Virus record (IMG/VR): IMGVR_UViG_3300042863_002274
Length of the DNA stretch: 64,000 nucleotides
Direction: 5' to 3' (one strand)
Source of the DNA: a virus
Shown here piece by piece: positions 62,570-64,000 of this stretch. The first letter of the stretch is position 1. Each line of letters opens with the position of its first letter. Made by a program: the position numbers and the translations under genes. The notes beneath the pieces are model-generated. The model was not told the origin of the DNA. It worked only from the letters and a program-made list of their open reading frames with translations, and did not search any database.

Positions 62570-64000
62570 ATGACAAATCCTTCTTTAGAAACTGAAAATT
62601 TTCTAGCCTTATTGGACGGTGTTCGCAAGGCTGGCTCTGGATGGATTGCACGCTGCCCATGCAGAAACGATGACGCCAACCCGTCTCTCTCTGTTGGACA
62701 AGGAATGGACGGCAGAGTTCTCGTTACCTGTCATCGAGGAATGTCCTGCAACGTAGAAGAGATATGCACTGCCGTTGGTTTAAGTGTTGCTGATTTGATG
62801 CCACGAAAAGACGATTCTGACTATCTACAGAACAAAGATTATCGTCCAGTTTCTCCACCAAAAAGCTCAGAACAGCAGAAAAAGCCAGTGGTCGCAAAAT
62901 CTACACCCTCAACAAAACAAACATTAGTAGCAACCTATGACTACACGGACGAAAACGGAAAGCTGATATTTCAAAAGCTTCGATACGTAGACGAGAATGG
63001 TAAGAAAACATTTAGTCAGCGAAAGCCAGACTCCAGGGGTGGCTGGGAGTACAGTCTCGGCGACATTCCTAAGGTTCTCTATAATCTTCCCGCAGTTGTA
63101 AACTCAAAGCAGTTCGATGCTCCTGTATGGGTTGTGGAGGGCGAAAAAGATGTAGACACGTTGACTGACGCTGGTTATATTGCTACAACCATGCCTGGTG
63201 GTGCTGGGAAATGGCTTGATATTCATACCGAACCACTTGCTGGTTTAGTTGTAGAAATAATCGCCGACAAAGACGAGGTTGGATTAAAACACGCTTTAGA
63301 TGTTTGTAAAAAACTTAAGGCAGTGGGATGCGACGCTCAAGTGTGGGTATGTCCAGAACACAAGGACATAACAGACCATCTTCAGGCTGGTAGAGCCATT
63401 GACGAGCTGATTCCGTATATTCCGGAAGAAGAGGAACCGCAACAAACTTCTGCAGATGGATTTAATGAAGTAGTCGTTTCTGAATCAAAGATTACAGACG
63501 AACTTTCTCCTGAAGATTTGGCTCTAACCAAAATTCAAGAAATCTTAGACAGAAGCGACCTGAATAATAAACAAAAAATAGCAAAGAGTGGCCTTATTCT
63601 CGCAACGGCTACCGTGTCTTTCACATTAGACACTGGTCGTCTTGTTCACTGGAACGATTTCATCAACGAGTCCGATGGTGACACTTACGATTGGGCTATA
63701 CCTGGCCTTATTGAAAAAGGAGAAAGAGTTATTGTTGTTGCTGCCGAAGGTGTCGGTAAAACAATGTTGGCTAGACAGGTTGCGCTTCTTTCAGCGGCTG
63801 GAATACATCCGTTTTCGTTTCAGCCCATGAAACCAATCACAACACTTACTGTTGACCTTGAAAACCCAGACAGAATCATTAGAAGAACTGGTCGCTCCAT
63901 AGCGCTTCAAGCCATGTCGCAGGGTCGCGTGTCTCGCCTGAACGCCGAATTGTTAACTCGTCCGTCTGGTATGGATTTACTCAAGGCGAGCGATAGGGCG
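62570..64000 (+). CDS. DNA primase-helicase (Zn finger, TOPRIM, AAA ATPase), truncated by window end
   Basis: Not in ORF track; my translation gives ARCPCRNDDANPSLS..CHRGMSC, VVEGEKDV, IADKD and Walker A AEGVGKT. Confidence 0.88.
   Translation, partial: MTNPSLETENFLALLDGVRKAGSGWIARCPCRNDDANPSLSVGQGMDGRVLVTCHRGMSCNVEEICTAVGLSVADLMPRKDDSDYLQNKDYRPVSPPKSSEQQKKPVVAKSTPSTKQTLVATYDYTDENGKLIFQKLRYVDENGKKTFSQRKPDSRGGWEYSLGDIPKVLYNLPAVVNSKQFDAPVWVVEGEKDVDTLTDAGYIATTMPGGAGKWLDIHTEPLAGLVVEIIADKDEVGLKHALDVCKKLKAVGCDAQVWVCPEHKDITDHLQAGRAIDELIPYIPEEEEPQQTSADGFNEVVVSESKITDELSPEDLALTKIQEILDRSDLNNKQKIAKSGLILATATVSFTLDTGRLVHWNDFINESDGDTYDWAIPGLIEKGERVIVVAAEGVGKTMLARQVALLSAAGIHPFSFQPMKPITTLTVDLENPDRIIRRTGRSIALQAMSQGRVSRLNAELLTRPSGMDLLKASDRA

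Noticed and set aside
1-64000. Alternative genetic code or prophage boundary
   Set aside because: Genes are intact and densely packed in the standard code with all three stop codons used; no integrase or host gene block seen

Overview
The whole 64 kb window is part of a large tailed-phage genome with a contractile tail (sheath, tube, baseplate J). A WhiB gene and many leaderless-type promoters point to an actinobacterial host. Layout: tail and neck module on the minus strand (1-18317). A ParB/PAPS-reductase cluster, recombination genes and the large terminase follow, also on the minus strand (19.2-28 kb). A greatly expanded head module lies on the plus strand (28.1-56 kb), with about 22 kb of probable virion-internal proteins between portal and major capsid protein. 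Then come a tRNA/HNH region, a class II ribonucleotide reductase, WhiB and a truncated primase-helicase. Main observations: (1) two giant multi-enzyme proteins, a 2916-aa prohead protease-ArdC-SF1 helicase and a 2389-aa zincin/ART-like/ParB protein, whose modules are bounded by a recurring [RK][LF]SSG motif, suggesting a packaged, proteolytically processed effector polyprotein system; (2) an HNH gene plus a new tRNA-Arg(UCU) sitting inside, and replacing, an older tRNA-Arg(UCU); (3) a candidate late promoter TAGTTRCAM-N21-TANNNT upstream of four structural genes; (4) an unannotated -1 frameshift extension of the tail chaperone. All domain calls come from motif recognition by eye; no database searches were run.
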